NCBI GenBank assembly: GCA_950097015.1
Contig: CATNEN010000009.1
Span: 62,001 to 126,000, forward strand
Length of the DNA: 64,000 nucleotides
Direction: 5' to 3'
From: Macrostomum hystrix
Taxonomy: Eukaryota; Animalia; Platyhelminthes
Numbering within the stretch: the stretch's first letter is position 1; each line of letters begins with the position of its first letter. The notes beneath the pieces were generated by a model. That model had not been told where the DNA came from, did no database searches, and was given only the letters and a program-made list of their open reading frames with translations. Shown in pieces: positions 39,401-51,500 of the stretch. The position numbers and the translations under genes were made by a program.

Positions 39401-40420
39401 ATCACTACTGGCTGAAAATTAGTCTAAATGATTTGACGCAGTGCAGAATCGAACCCTAGCCTAGCCTAACCTATTCCTAGTGCCTACACATCGGCTATTC
39501 CGACTTTTGTTTAGTGGGTGCAAAAATCTGCCTTATAAAATGAATTCTCAAAGTTCTGGCTTTGTACAATGAAGTAAGAAAATAGAGTACACTCAGTCTC
39601 GCGGTTGGTTGTGTACATTTATTTCCAATTTGTCTCCAGAGTGCAGGCTTCAAATTCAATCAGCTAGGGGTTGTTGCGCAATTTGACGATGCAATTCTAA
39701 TTCAGTGGCAGTGAGTAAAATTCTCAATAGGCCAAGATGGTTTGACCTTTGAAAAATCATGTTTTTCGAATATTTAATCCCCTTAGCAATAAAGTTAAGC
39801 TTAATAAAAATACGTGTATAATTGTCCCCATTTTTGGCATCTTTTGGTGAAGAAATGGTGAAAATCGGTTGAGCCGTTCAGGAGAAAATCAATTACAACC
39901 AACCAACCAACCAAGCAAGCATTTCATTTTTAGTATAGTGGGGAGGATGCTCTGTTGCTGAGTGATAATCAATGAATTTTACTAGAATACTCACTTGGAC
40001 TTGATGCCGGAAAACCTGGCGTAGGTCATGATCGCGTAGGAGCCGGAAAACCTGCTGGTGAGGTTGGGGTGGCTCAGCATCAGATAGGAGTCGGGGTTGC
40101 CGGCTAATCTGACGCCGTCTGAGGAGTTCAGGACGTTGGCAAAGACCAGGCTGTAGCCGGTGTCGGCGAACATCGTGGCAGTATTGCTGCGCCGCAAGTC
40201 GACCAGCACCTCAGCTTTGGCCGGCGCGCAATGGGGAGGAGAGAAAGTCAAACGGAGTGCTCCAGTTGGCTGGGGCCAACGCTTCAGTTAAAAAGGCTGG
40301 AAGTGCGTTTTTACCGATGCGAATGAACCACTACACACTGGAGACAGGATCTGGACTCAGTGCGATGATGATTAAAAGACGGAAGAAAAAAGGTCGGAAC
40401 TTGTGAAGCCCGATCACCAT
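30447..40420 (-). CDS. Probable secreted LamG/concanavalin-like domain protein split by a ~9-kb intron (incomplete model)
   Basis: Hydrophobic N-terminal peptide from ATG 40420; exon ~40290-39995 (GVRLAGNPDSYLML...SYAIMTY); exon 30731-30447 (AVRIG...LNGTVRCFGAFRGSLT..M.EL..WC) resembling the LamG C-terminal pattern. The splice phases of these two exons do not match. Confidence 0.4.
31066..31835 (+). repeat. 18-bp satellite A (GTTGACAATGATCCCCCA), copy 1
   Basis: Tandem repeat read directly; 17/18-bp variants. Confidence 0.95.
31850..33780 (+). repeat. 23-bp satellite B (CTCTGGTTTAGCCATGATTCAGA), copy 1
   Basis: Tandem repeat read directly; interrupted by a MITE at 33161-33439. Confidence 0.95.
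33161..33439. mobile_element. 279-bp hAT-type MITE inserted in satellite B
   Basis: Perfect 14-bp TIR CATACATGCGCAAC; 8-bp TSD ATTCAGAC at 33153-33160 and 33440-33447. Confidence 0.92.
34410..38650 (+). repeat. 18-bp satellite A, copy 2 (~4.2 kb, higher-order structure)
   Basis: Same monomer as 31066-31835; long variant blocks recur (e.g. 34642-35220, 36371-36904, 37612-38163). Confidence 0.95.
38655..39345 (+). repeat. 23-bp satellite B, copy 2
   Basis: Same monomer as 31850-33780. Confidence 0.95.
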
Positions 40421-40920
40421 GGCCACAGCTAGTGCTCTTTGGTTAGCAGATAATAGCAGACGACGGTTAATGACACGGAAATCGAATCAAATATGGCTTT
40501 TACTATAATTTACGCTCGTAATATATTTTAGTTCAGAAGACGAATCAAGCTGTTAGCGTCGAAAACTGTTTTCTGAGCCGGATGAAAATCCAGAGAAGCG
40601 AAGATGGTATAATTACCAAGCTGTAAACGATTATGATTTTAAGAAATTCTAAATTTATATAAAAAACAGATTTGTACATGGTAAAAGTTTCTATAATATA
40701 CGAGATGCTGTAAAAACTGGCGAAAATATTTTAAAGTTTATACTTTGTAGTTTGTACTTTTGATTTAAGAAAAAAAACACTTCAAAATTACCGACTGTCG
40801 AAACATCAAACACTAAGCGCAAAGAACAGACTCAGCACTAAAGTATACCATAAAAAGTGTACTACGGCTCGTACTATCACAGATATCGCGACATTAAAAT
40901 AGGCAGTCGAGTGGGGGAAA

Positions 40921-41648
40921 GTGGCAGGCTGTGGATGATCAACTGACAGTTATTAGGGACAGGCAGTGGCAGGCTGTGGATGATCAACTGACAGTTATTA
41001 AGGACAGGCAGTGGCAGGCTGTGGATGATCAACTGACAGTTATTAGGGACAGGCAGTGGCAGGCTGTGGATGATCAACTGACAGTTATTAGGGACAGGCA
41101 GTGGTAGGCTGTGGATGATCAACTGACAGTTATTAGGGACAGGCAGTGGCAGGCTGTGGATGATCAACTGACAGTTATTAGGGACAGGCAGTGGCAGGCT
41201 GTGGATGATCAACTGACAGTTATTAGGGACAGGCAGTGGTAGGCTGTGTATGATCAACTGACAGTTATTAGGGACAGGCAGTGGTAGGCTGTGTATGATC
41301 AACTGACAGTTATTAGGGACAGGCAGTGGCAGGCTGTGGATGATCAACTGACAGTTATTAAGGACAGGCAGTGGCATGCTGTGGATGATCAACTGACAGT
41401 TATTAGGGACAGGCAGTGGCAGGCTGTGTATGATCAACTGACAGTTATTAGGGACAGGCAGTGGCAGGCTGTGGATGATCAACTGACAGTTATTAGGGAC
41501 AGGCAGTGGCAGGCTGTGGATGATCAACTGACAGTTATTAGGGACAGGCAGTGGCAGGCTGTGGATGATCAACTGACAGTTATTAGGGACAGGCAGTGGC
41601 AGGCTGTGGAGGATCAACTGACAGTTATTAGGGACAGGCAGTGGCAGG
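40921..41648 (+). repeat. 45-bp minisatellite, ~16 near-identical copies
   Basis: GTGGCAGGCTGTGGATGATCAACTGACAGTTATTAGGGACAGGCA. Confidence 0.95.
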
Positions 41649-41812
41649 TCATAAAAACGTTCAAAGCAGGTAAAAAAGAAAACAAATGAAAAAGCTGCGA
41701 ATCGAATCGATGGTCCCGATTGTATTAAAACTGTAAAATTGTATGCACTACTATAAAGCTAAAAGCCGAAGAAACGCAAACCCACTTGAGAATAGTGCTT
41801 GTAAAAAACGAA

Positions 41813-41990
41813 CGCAAAAAGGTAAAAGCAAATACGCACACTCTGACGGGGACATTTCTGACTAGAATGGCAACAAAAAAGGTAAAAGTAAATACCTACT
41901 CGTATGACGGGGACACTTCTGACAAGAATGACAACAAAAAAGGTAAAAAGTAAATACGTACTCATCTGACGGGGACACTTCTGACTAGAA
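41813..41990 (+). repeat. ~60-bp degenerate tandem repeat x3
   Basis: CAAAAAAGGTAAAAG...GACGGGGACA.TTCTGAC recurs three times. Confidence 0.75.
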
Positions 41991-42236
41991 GTGCAGCAAG
42001 AAGTCATTTTACGATTACGATTTCTGCGTTTCGGCTTCTAGAAAACATTTACGTCTGAAAATGCGCAAGGCAGCAGACACAGGGGAAGAGGCAAGTCCGT
42101 TAGACTTACTATCAATACATGTATTGTTAAGCTGTCTGAAGCTCTGTATAGGCGGAAAGCCCTTCATGAGAAGGCCCATGCAAAAGAAACAACAGTTAAA
42201 TTTTGGCACGCTTGCTCCGATTTCCTTTGCTTTCGG

Positions 42237-45200
42237 CTAATAGTAGGATGCGTTGTGCCAGTAGGCAACATTTGGTCTTCCGTAGCGAGGTGGCAGGTGC
42301 TCAGTGTCGTAGCCGAGGCCCTCCAGCATCGGGGCCAGGCGCGGCGCGGCCAGGGCAAACTCCGGCGGCATTTGACGCGCCCAGGTCGTCAGGCTTTCCA
42401 GGTAGAGTGGTCGGCGTACCTGATCAGAACTGCGCTCGGTGTCAGATAGTCGCACCTGGCGGCCGACCTCCAGCCAAGGCGCTAGCATTGCCGGTTCACT
42501 TGGCAGACTAAGAAAGTCGCACACGCGTTGGACCCATTTCGGCGGATCGAGTACAAGGTCCTCGTAGCGTACAGGAAGACAGCGACCACTTCCTAGCTCC
42601 TGGCACTGATTATACATCGATGACACCTGCCGGTGGGTGAGTCGGTCGATATGAATATGAAAGTGGAGATTAAGATTGAATTCTAATGAAACAAAAAAGA
42701 ATAAAGAATTTGCGAAGACTCAACACAATTGCTACTGCTTCTTCAAAACTCTGTTACCATCCATGGGCTCTGCCGTACACATCTGCGGGCTCTCGCGTAC
42801 CCCCCTCCCCTGTGGGATCTGCCGTACACATCTGCAGGCTCTCGCGTAGCCCCTCCCCTGAGGGATCTGGCGTACACATCTGCGGTCTCTGGAATACTCC
42901 CTTGTGGGATCTTCCGTACTCATCTGCAGGATTAGCCGTTCTCCTAACAACTGGCTCTTAGGTATTTTATGTGATCTTCAGCAGCCCCGTGAAACTCCAA
43001 CGGATAAAATCATATGAATGAAATAGATATCCTAAAAGTCGCTAATAAGCAGCCCGACCTGCAGATTCCACCTGGATAAGCAATCCATGGGCCGGTTGAG
43101 GTCGAAGCCAGTGATACGAATCTTTCGCTTGATAGCCGAGTGAACGAAAGCACGGCCATCACGAAGCATGAGGATGAACTTGGCGCTGGGAAAGAGGCGG
43201 CCCAGCAGGCGGGCGTGAGCCATGGTGTACGGGTCTTTACTGCACAGGCGGCGCGAGGGCGGTCCATTACGCATCAGTATCTGGGGGTGGTAGCAGAAGA
43301 AAATGCTTAAGGAAGGTCGAGGACTAGATTAGGCTGGATTTAAGGGACTGCATGGTGTGATGACCGCAAATTGTATTGGCCTGACCTGGAAATCAGGATG
43401 AATTGCACCTGAATTTAACTGGGCCAGACATGAGTTTCCGGAAGATCTAACGCGTGGATATGGGATTGCCATCTGACCTGCATGATGAACGCTGAAGTAG
43501 CAGCCTCAAGTGGCCGGCCCAGAATGCCAGCGGCCTTAAGTCTCTTGGACTCGAATTTCCCCGACTCCCAGCTGGTTAGCATCTGCAGTACGCGGGGCAC
43601 AACACGAGTCTCAACGCCACACCGAACAGCCGAGTGCGCATCCAGAATAGTCCGCATGAGGGTCGTTCCACTTCGCGGCATGCCTCCAATGAAGATAAAC
43701 GGGTGGTCCGTTGTCACTGAGTAAGTAAGCTGGAATGTTAAGGGTTTGTGCGTGGTGAGCTGATCGTCTGTGGTCACTGAGTAAGTAAGCTGGGGTGTAG
43801 AGGGTTTCCCGGCGGATCCTGGTAGGGCCTTCCATTTGCAGAGAAAAATGGCGCCTCCCAAGAAATCGAATGCCACCACAAAGAGAAAAGCTGCAGAGAA
43901 AAATTGCTCGTCGAGCACTCGACGGACGACGGTTCCCCAACAGGATTTGGACGAGTGGTGGGTCGTCCGCTGGGCGTCAGACAAAAAAGAGGTCAGCCTC
44001 GTGAACCGTGCACAGCCAAGTGTTAAACCCGAGTCTGCTGCGGCGGAAGCGGATCCGGACACGCGTCCCGAGAGCGAGCTGCTCGTACTATGTGCCCATG
44101 TCCTCGTGCGCGTCGCAAAAAATGCGGCTAAGGCCTCGCTGCACGAAGGCAAACTGTTCAAGGGGCCGTATACAGAAAGAAAGGAGGGTGAGAAAGCCAT
44201 TAAGTGCTGCGTCAGCGCGCCAGTGGAGCCAATCATTCGAGTGGCGAATACCTGCACTCGCTGCGCCACCCTGCAGCAGGAAGCGGCGACCCTGCGTTCC
44301 GAATCCGAACTGCAGCTTGCAGATGAATACGAGAGTGGAAGTCACAGCAGGCAATAGCTGCCAGCTACAAAGCTGAGCTAGAAGAAAGTAAAAATGAACT
44401 GGAGAAAATAAAGGCTACACTAACCAAACAGCGGTCCTCTAATGAAGCCGAACAGAAGGCTGCAGAGTCTGCTCCGCACGTACAGCACCCACTTAGGCAT
44501 ACTTAAGGCGGAACATCGCGTACTGCAGGATGCATTCGCAGACGTAGCGACCGCAGTGAGCGCTGGACTGCGCACTTTCAAGGACAGCGGCAACGTGTTG
44601 GCTGGGTTAAAGTCTGCGAACGTTAACAACCCAGTCGATCCCTGCAACTCAGGAGCTATTAACGCGGAGACAGAGCCGCGGCAATACGAAGACATCGCAA
44701 TAGACCTTGTAGTGCTGAACAGCACGTCGGACCCGCTGAAGCCCAGCAGCCCATCGGACGGCGCGGTGGCTAAGGAAGCTGGCACCGAGGCCGATGTTGG
44801 ACCGCGTGCTGAGGAGGAGCGCGCTCATCTGACGGCAAGCGTTTAAGTTCGGCGACTGCGTTAGCTGTTATTAAACAGGAATTCCGCAACTGTGTTCTCT
44901 GTTTGGCTGGTAAGCTTGGTGTTCTCTGTTTGGCTGATACGCTTGGTGTTCTCCGACATATTGGCTGATAAGCTTGGTTTTCTCTGATTGGCGCGCTCGA
45001 TCTCTGATATCTAATACAACTTTACAACTTCTTTTGAATCGAACTCTTCTCCTGCAGTGTTCGCTGTTATTTATTTTCTATAAATTTTTTTATTCTATAT
45101 CGAGAGCAGTGTCCGAGAACTGTCAGATCACACTCGGCCAGTATCAGAGCTGTGTCAGGGCAGTGTCAGGGTAGTGTCGGAGTAGTGTCCAGGTAGTGTC

Positions 45201-46530
45201 GGGCAGTGTCGGGCAGTGTCGGAGGAGTGTCCAGGCAGTGTCGGAGGAGTGTCCAGGCAGTGTCGGGCAGTGTCAGGCAGTGTCGGAGGAGTGTCCAGGT
45301 AGTGTCGGGCAGTGTCAGGCAGTGTCGGAGGAGTGTCCAGGTAGTGTCGGGCAATGTTGGAGGACTGTCCAGATAGTGTCGGGCAGTGTCAGAGAAGTGT
45401 CCTGGCAGTGTCGGAGGAGTGTCAAGGCAGTTTCAGGGCAGTGTCAGAGCAGTGTAAAACTGAGTGTCCTTCAGTGTCACTCACCACTGTCTAGGGACTG
45501 TCAATCTACTGTCACAGTAGAGTTTAAGTACTAGTGTCATATTTTAGTGTCACCAGTGTCTTTAGAGGCCATTGCTTTACTGTCATTTGACAACTGTCAC
45601 TAAGTGTCTCGTAACACTCGCATTTCTTTCTTTTCTATTTCCAGTGTCAAGATAAAGTGTCACAGGCTGGACAAAAGTACTGTCGAAGAAGTGTCAAAAC
45701 TGGCACTGTAAATGAGTGTTACATAGTGCCAAAAGCCACGACCAAGATCCGCCGGGTTTGCGAGTGGTGAGCTGATCGTCTGTGGTCACTGAGTAAGTAA
45801 GCTGGGGTGTTAAGGGTTTGTGAGTAGTGAGCTGATCGTCTGTGGTCACTGAGTAAGTAAGCTGGGGTGTTGAGGGTTTGTGAGTGGTGAGCTGATCGTC
45901 TGTGGTCAGTCTGTGGTCACTGAGTAAGTAAGCTGGGGTGTTGAGGGTTTGTGAGTGGTGAGCTGATCGTCTGTGGTCACTGAGTAAGTAAGCTGGGGTG
46001 TTGAGGGTTTGTGAGTTGTGAGCTGATCGTCTGTGGTCACTGAGTAAGTAAGCTGGGGTGTTGAGGGTTTGTGAGTTGTGAGCTGATCGTCTGTGGTCAC
46101 TGAGTAAGTAAGCTGGGGTGTTGAGGGTTTGTGAGTGGTGAGCTGATCGTCTGTGGTCACTGAGTAAGTAAGCTGGGGTGTTGAGGGTTTGTGAGTGGTG
46201 AGCTGATCGTCTGTGGTCACTGAGTAAGTAATGGGTTCCTCATATTGCTTCACCTGCTCTTTATATATAGCTTTTCAGCCCTAGCATGTCTGTATTTCTA
46301 CTCGCCAACCCATGCCCAGTTTGCAGTGTTATCAGAAAGCATGCAAAAAAACTCACTGTATTATTTGCATCTCGAAGCTGCTCGGTGATGGACAGACCCG
46401 GCAGACAGGGAGCAAAGGGGCCCCAGCTCAGCCAGTACATAAGCAGAGTGCACAAACCGCCAAGACTGACCAAGGCTGAGGCTCTACGTCTGGGCCGATA
46501 CCGAAGGCAGCAGAGCCAGTGCGTTATCAT
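42237..46530 (-). CDS. TPST: Tyrosylprotein sulfotransferase (type II Golgi membrane protein)
   Basis: Predicted exons 46530-46357, 43729-43478, 43280-43059, 42626-42237 (~345 aa). Motifs PFIFIGGMPRSGTTLMR.ILDAH..VRCG.ETRVVP, LCSKDP, FILMLRDGRA.VHS, RYEDLVL, ERSSDQVRRP; N-terminal TM segment. Confidence 0.93.
42765..42930 (+). repeat. ~45-bp degenerate tandem repeat in a TPST intron
   Basis: CTGCCGTACACATCTGC..GCTCTC...GTGGGAT recurs 3-4 times. Confidence 0.75.
43808..45756 (+). mobile_element. 1.95-kb non-autonomous TIR DNA transposon (CACTA/EnSpm-like)
   Basis: 16-bp TIR CCCGGCGGATC(C/T)TGGT; 3-bp TSD TTT (43805-43807, 45757-45759); GTGTC-rich subterminal repeats 45100-45720; no transposase. 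Confidence 0.82.
43848..44357 (+). CDS. Putative transposon accessory ORF (unknown function), probably extending past the TAG at 44355-44357
   Basis: Lys-rich N-terminus, WWVVRW..DK..SLV, GKLFKGPY, then coiled-coil-like; similar by eye to 60138-60618. Confidence 0.5.
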   Translation: MAPPKKSNATTKRKAAEKNCSSSTRRTTVPQQDLDEWWVVRWASDKKEVSLVNRAQPSVKPESAAAEADPDTRPESELLVLCAHVLVRVAKNAAKASLHEGKLFKGPYTERKEGEKAIKCCVSAPVEPIIRVANTCTRCATLQQEAATLRSESELQLADEYESGSHSRQ

Positions 46531-46659
46531 CACAACCTGGCACTGCTGATCCACTCGCGAGTCGTGAAAAAGGAATTCGGGTTTATTGTAAACTGAGTAC
46601 AACGTATATTGCCTACTACCCCTAAAACCCATTTTAAAGGCACTCACCCAAACCTATCA

Positions 46660-47655
46660 CTCTCCCCGAAACGAGCTGCTGTCACTCTCCCCGAAATGGA
46701 CTGCAGTCACTCTCCCCAATATAGGATGCTGTCACTCTCACCAATATGGACTGCAGTCACTCTCCCGAATATGGGATGCTGCCACTCTCCTCAAAATGGA
46801 CTGCAGTCAACTCCCCAAAATGGGCTGCAGTCACTCTCCCCAAAATAGACTGCAGTCACTCTCCCGAATATGGGATGCTGCCACTCTCCTCAAAATGGAC
46901 TGCAGTCACTCTCCCCAAAATAGACTGCAGTCACTCTCCCGAATATGGGATGCTGCCACTCTCCTCAAAATGGACTGCAGTCAACTCCCCAAAATGGGCT
47001 GCAGTCACTCTCCCCAAAATAGACTGCAGTCACTCTCCCCAAAATAGACTGCAGTCACTCTCCTCAAAATGGACTGCAGTCAACTCCCCAAAATGGACTG
47101 CAGTCACTCTCCCCAAAATAGACTGCAGTCACTCTCCCGAATATGGGATGCTGCCACTCTCCTCAAAATGGACTGCAGTCAACTCCCCAAAATGGGCTGC
47201 AGTCACTCTCCCCAAAATAGACTGCAGTCACTCTCCCGAATATGGGATGCTGCCACTCTCCTCAAAATGGACTGCAGTCAACTCCCCAAAATTGACTGCA
47301 GTCAACTCCCCAAAATGGACTGCAGTCACTCTCCCCAAAATAGACTGCAGTCACTCTCCCCAATATGGGATGCTGCCACTCTCCTCAAAATGGACTGCAG
47401 TCAACTCCCCAAAATGGACTGCAGTCAACTCCCCAAAATGGACTGCAGTCACTCTCCCCAAAATAGACTGCAGTCACTCTCCCCAATATGGGATGCTGCC
47501 ACTCTCCTCAAAATGGACTGCAGTCAACTCCCCAAAATTGACTGCAGTCAACTCCCCAAAATGGACTGCAGTCACTCTCCCCAAAATAGACTGCAGTCAC
47601 TCTCCCCAATATGGGATGCTGCCACTCTCCTCAAAATGGACTGCAGTCACTCCCC
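46660..47655 (+). repeat. CTGCAGTCA-core satellite (~22-25-bp monomers with higher-order units)
   Basis: GGACTGCAGTCACTCTCCCCAAAAT variants repeated for ~1 kb upstream of TPST. Confidence 0.93.
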
Positions 47656-48439
47656 AAAAGGGGCTGCTAGGAGCCCGATCACTATCCTAATGAAAGGAAT
47701 GTATAAGAAAGGAACAAATAAATGATACGAGGCAATTCGCGCACAGCCAAGCAGACAGAAAATAGCCTCACAAAGTGAGCTATTTATTAATCGAGTCACT
47801 GATTTTGGCATGAAAGAGAGGAAGAGCAGAGAAAATGTTATGGCTAAAAAGTACTGCAGACTGCAGAAAAATCCATTATAGTATTAAAAACGTGGTATAA
47901 TGAGAATTTTGTTAAATCCTCAAAACAGATAGGAAAAATTTGGATACCAGTCGCAATAACAGTATTTTTTAGAAAAGCAGAAGGGGGCTGTACAGGTCAA
48001 TCGGCTAAGAACTCGTGATTATTTAAGATCTTGTCAGATTCCTTGGCCAGGCAAAAAGCGCAGCACAGTGTAGGTACAGAAATTAAACTAAATTTGCGCG
48101 ACAAAGGACTAATGCAGTAGTATATAGGGTATATTGGAGACGTAATAAACAGATAAAAGTAAATATATAATTCTGGGGATATTAGGATATGCCTTTTTAA
48201 TCGAAATGAAGCAATCAGAGCTAGCTACAATACTTAATGAGCTTTCAATAAAGTGATCTGATATGTGCTTATAGATACAGAGCAATATAGCGCGGGTTAA
48301 AGAGAGCAAAGGTGACAATATAAAGACAGCTCATATAGAAAACTGGAATGCGCTTAGAAATGGGCGAAGAGCAAACTTCTAATATCGTTTTTAAACTGAC
48401 CACCGTAAGAGCAATCTGGATAAAAATATACTGCCACTT

Positions 48440-48545
48440 TCAGCGCAAGCAGACACCTGTCACTCTCATGTTGCAGCACAAGCAGACACCTGTCACTCTC
48501 ATGCTGCAGCACAAGCAGACACCTGTCACTCTTACGATGCAGCAC
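48440..48545 (+). repeat. 30-bp tandem repeat x3
   Basis: GCAGCACAAGCAGACACCTGTCACTCTCAT. Confidence 0.85.
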
Positions 48546-48559
48546 TAGCTAACTTCCGA

Positions 48560-51500
48560 TCAATGTCCTAGCTCTCCGCGGACAGTCTTGGCCGGTCGGC
48601 GGTAGGTGACGAATGCGGTAATGAGCAGGATGCAACCGAAGAATGCGAACAAAAGCAGCACTCCAGCAAAAGTGGCCACGAAGCCCTCACCACCAACGTC
48701 GCGCACTAACACCGCGGCGATACGCTGCAGAGAGCCATTGTTTGGCTTAGGCTGCAGGCCCAGCAGGCGGCAAGCCAGCGGGTACAGGTCTACGGCTTCC
48801 ATTGGGAGTTTTACCAGAGTACCATCGCGCTTGAAGTCCGGCCCTCTAGCAAGCCAAAGCGGCCGCATGTCATCGGATTCGGCAGCGAAGCCGCTGACAC
48901 CTTTTGGCAGCGTGGCTGACGAGCTGAACCGCAGCAGCCAAGGCGGCTGGGCGCGCACATAAACAGGCGGCAGCCGCTTGTGACATCCAGCCAGGTACTG
49001 CAGCTCTGGGGGCAAGCGGCTAGTCTCCCAGGCCTGCAGTGCGATGGACGGCTTTAACAACAAGCGGGAGACCAGGTCTGATGCCTGATGGCCGCTCTTC
49101 GGCCACAGCTGCGCATGAGCTCCGGCCTGCGTGCTAAGCAGATTGGCGAACCAATCGGTTGGCAGCCGGGAGCTCAGATCGATCACCTACAAACACAGTA
49201 ATGAAGGCCTAAACTTTAAATACTGTAATCTTTCTCGCAGTTTATAAACTAAAGCATAGAAATAATAAAAAATTCAACTAATAACCACGAGAATAATTGC
49301 AAATAATAAATAAGAAAACAGTAAAAAGAATATTCCTTGATTCTCCTGATTGCCTCACAAAGCAATGAGACAAATGTATTGCTTGCCCACAAACCGCTGT
49401 GGAGATACTTTGCACTGGGAAATATGCTCACCATAGAGGGGTCCACCGCTGCCATGCCGTGATCAGCGGTGACCACCAGGTTCACGGAATCTAGCAGACG
49501 CAGGCGGCGTAGGCCATCAAGCAGGTGACCAAGAACACCGTCCAACTCCAGAAGCTTCAAGCCCACCTCATTGCTCACCGGTCCGTGGATAGCCGCGGTG
49601 GCCGCGGGCTCGTCAAAATATAATAGGGCCAGACTGATCCTGCCATGAGTGTCAGGCTTGGCTAGCCAGTTGAGCAGAAGCTTTACTCGCGCTGCCTGGC
49701 TGTCACCGACGGCGCCCATCTGCGTTGGTCAAACGGATATGCAGGCAGCTAGCGGAGGAAATACATGATTGATACTATCGTTGGTATTGCTTTCGTCAGC
49801 CAAGTCGAGAATAAAGTCAATCACGTTAAGAATCTCCATTCAGTGCAGTAGCAGCCCTTGCCATAGAACTACACTTCGACCTTAGACAAAAAAGCCAATC
49901 GAATTGATAAAAAGCCAACCAAGTAGAGAATTCCAGTAAAAATGAACCAAATGGTAACAAAACAATTTACAATTGACATTTATGTATTTCTTAATTCGTA
50001 AACCGCGAGTCGTTAGCTGCACACAGTTGTAAAAATGAACTGTGCTAAAAAACAGCAAGTTGCATCTCTGCATCCACCGATTGAAAGGGCCCTTCCAGTC
50101 TGTATTGCCTTAATGCCTCGTATTTTGTAAGCTGTTGACTTTAAATGTTCAATATGGCTACCACGTTTTAAAGAAAGTTCCCCTTATTGATAGCATCAAT
50201 CAGACGCTGGCGATCTGCGCGATGTTGCTGCAGGCATTTTTGTTTAGAATGCACGCTTCGTGGCCTAAATAGCTTGGTTTGAAATCCTCTACTTCAGGGG
50301 TCGGCAACCTCCGGCCCGCGGGCCACATCCGAATTTGGTGACCCTGCCTGGCTGGCCAAGTTGGCTCTACTTGCTGATATAACTGAGCATTTGAATGACC
50401 TGAAACGCAAGCTGCAAGGGAAGGATACTCTCATCACTGATGTCTTTGCCTCAATCACAGCATTCGAGGTGAAGCTGCGACTGTGGGAGAGCCAGCTGGC
50501 AGATCACCGACGGCAGCACTTCTGACGCCTTTCAACTGTAGCTGATGACATTGTGGACTACAGAGCAGCTGCTGACATAATCTCCACTTTGCGAGAGCAG
50601 TTTAAGAGCAGGTTCGAGGCCTTGAGAGAGTGCGCAGCAGATTTCAAGGTCTTTACTTCACCATTCTCTGTAGTTGTGGACGACCTTCCGGACTCCATCC
50701 AGATGGAGGTGGTGGAACTCCAGTGCAACGACGAGCTACGGAGCAAGTTTGCTGCAACATCACCTCTCGCTTTCTTCAAAAAGCACCTCGATACTAAGCT
50801 TTTTCCTGCAGTGGCAGCGCATGTCAGACGAGTGGTCTCCATGTTCGGCAGCACTAATTGGTGTGAGCAGGTGTTTTCCCGCATGAAATACACCAAGAGC
50901 CGTCTCCACTCGCAGCTGTCTGACTGTCATCTGAACGATGTTCTGCGGCTGTCCTGCACTGCTTTTAAGACAGACATTGCAAAGCTGCGCCAGGCTCATC
51001 AGCAGCAGGTTTCACACTGAAGGGTGAGCAATGAAGTGAGTGACAATTGAAAGCTTATTAACTGACCACATACTTTTATTGTTCCCACCTTTGTGACTCA
51101 AATTTTTGCTTGCTTTGAAGTGCTAATGTTTCACTTGCTCCACCCGCTATGTGTCTACTCTTTCCCACCTCTATTGTCTGTGCAACCTTCACTGCATGGT
51201 AGTGTTTCGTAGCAGCCTGTTATGACATTTTTTAGACTGCTATGTTATGCCGGTAGTCAAGAAGCTGTTACTTTCGTGTTCATTATTTTCTTGCATTTTA
51301 GGACTTATAACTAAGTTCTCAATTAAAAGGGGGTGGAATTATGATTAGAAGCCAAGTTGATGCAGACAAAATAAGGGGCAGGGGGACAACTGATAGTTGA
51401 TACTTACTGTTACAACTGATACTTACAGGCTGCTTTTGTTTCCATTATGATTTAATTTTCAATGCTTGGCGTGTGTAATGCTTGTACTTCGCATATGAAA

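Larger units (their letters stand above)
30900..39940 (+). mobile_element. Tandemly duplicated non-autonomous element (Helitron/HINE-like) carrying two internal satellite arrays
   Basis: Unit = leader (30969-31060 ~ 34310-34405) + 18-bp array + 23-bp array + tail (33770-34290 ~ 39345-39840). The last copy ends AAATCGGTTGAGCCGTT...(CAAC)n...TTTTAGTATAG, resembling Lep1/HINE-type ends. Family assignment is inference. Confidence 0.5.
43708..46230 (-). repeat. 60-bp minisatellite built from the TPST 3' splice site plus first exon codons, split by a TIR element
   Basis: Unit encodes LTYSVTTDDQLTTHKPSTPQ; ~1.5 copies at 43708-43807 and ~8 copies at 45757-46230. Confidence 0.9.

Noticed and set aside
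40877-41689. 246-aa and 132-aa ORFs
   Set aside because: Translations of the 45-bp minisatellite.
31066-47655. CRISPR-like appearance of the repeat arrays
   Set aside because: Monomers are directly adjacent with no unique spacers, no cas genes are present, and the context is eukaryotic.
46746-47725. 314-aa and 218-aa ORFs
   Set aside because: Translations of the CTGCAGTCA satellite.
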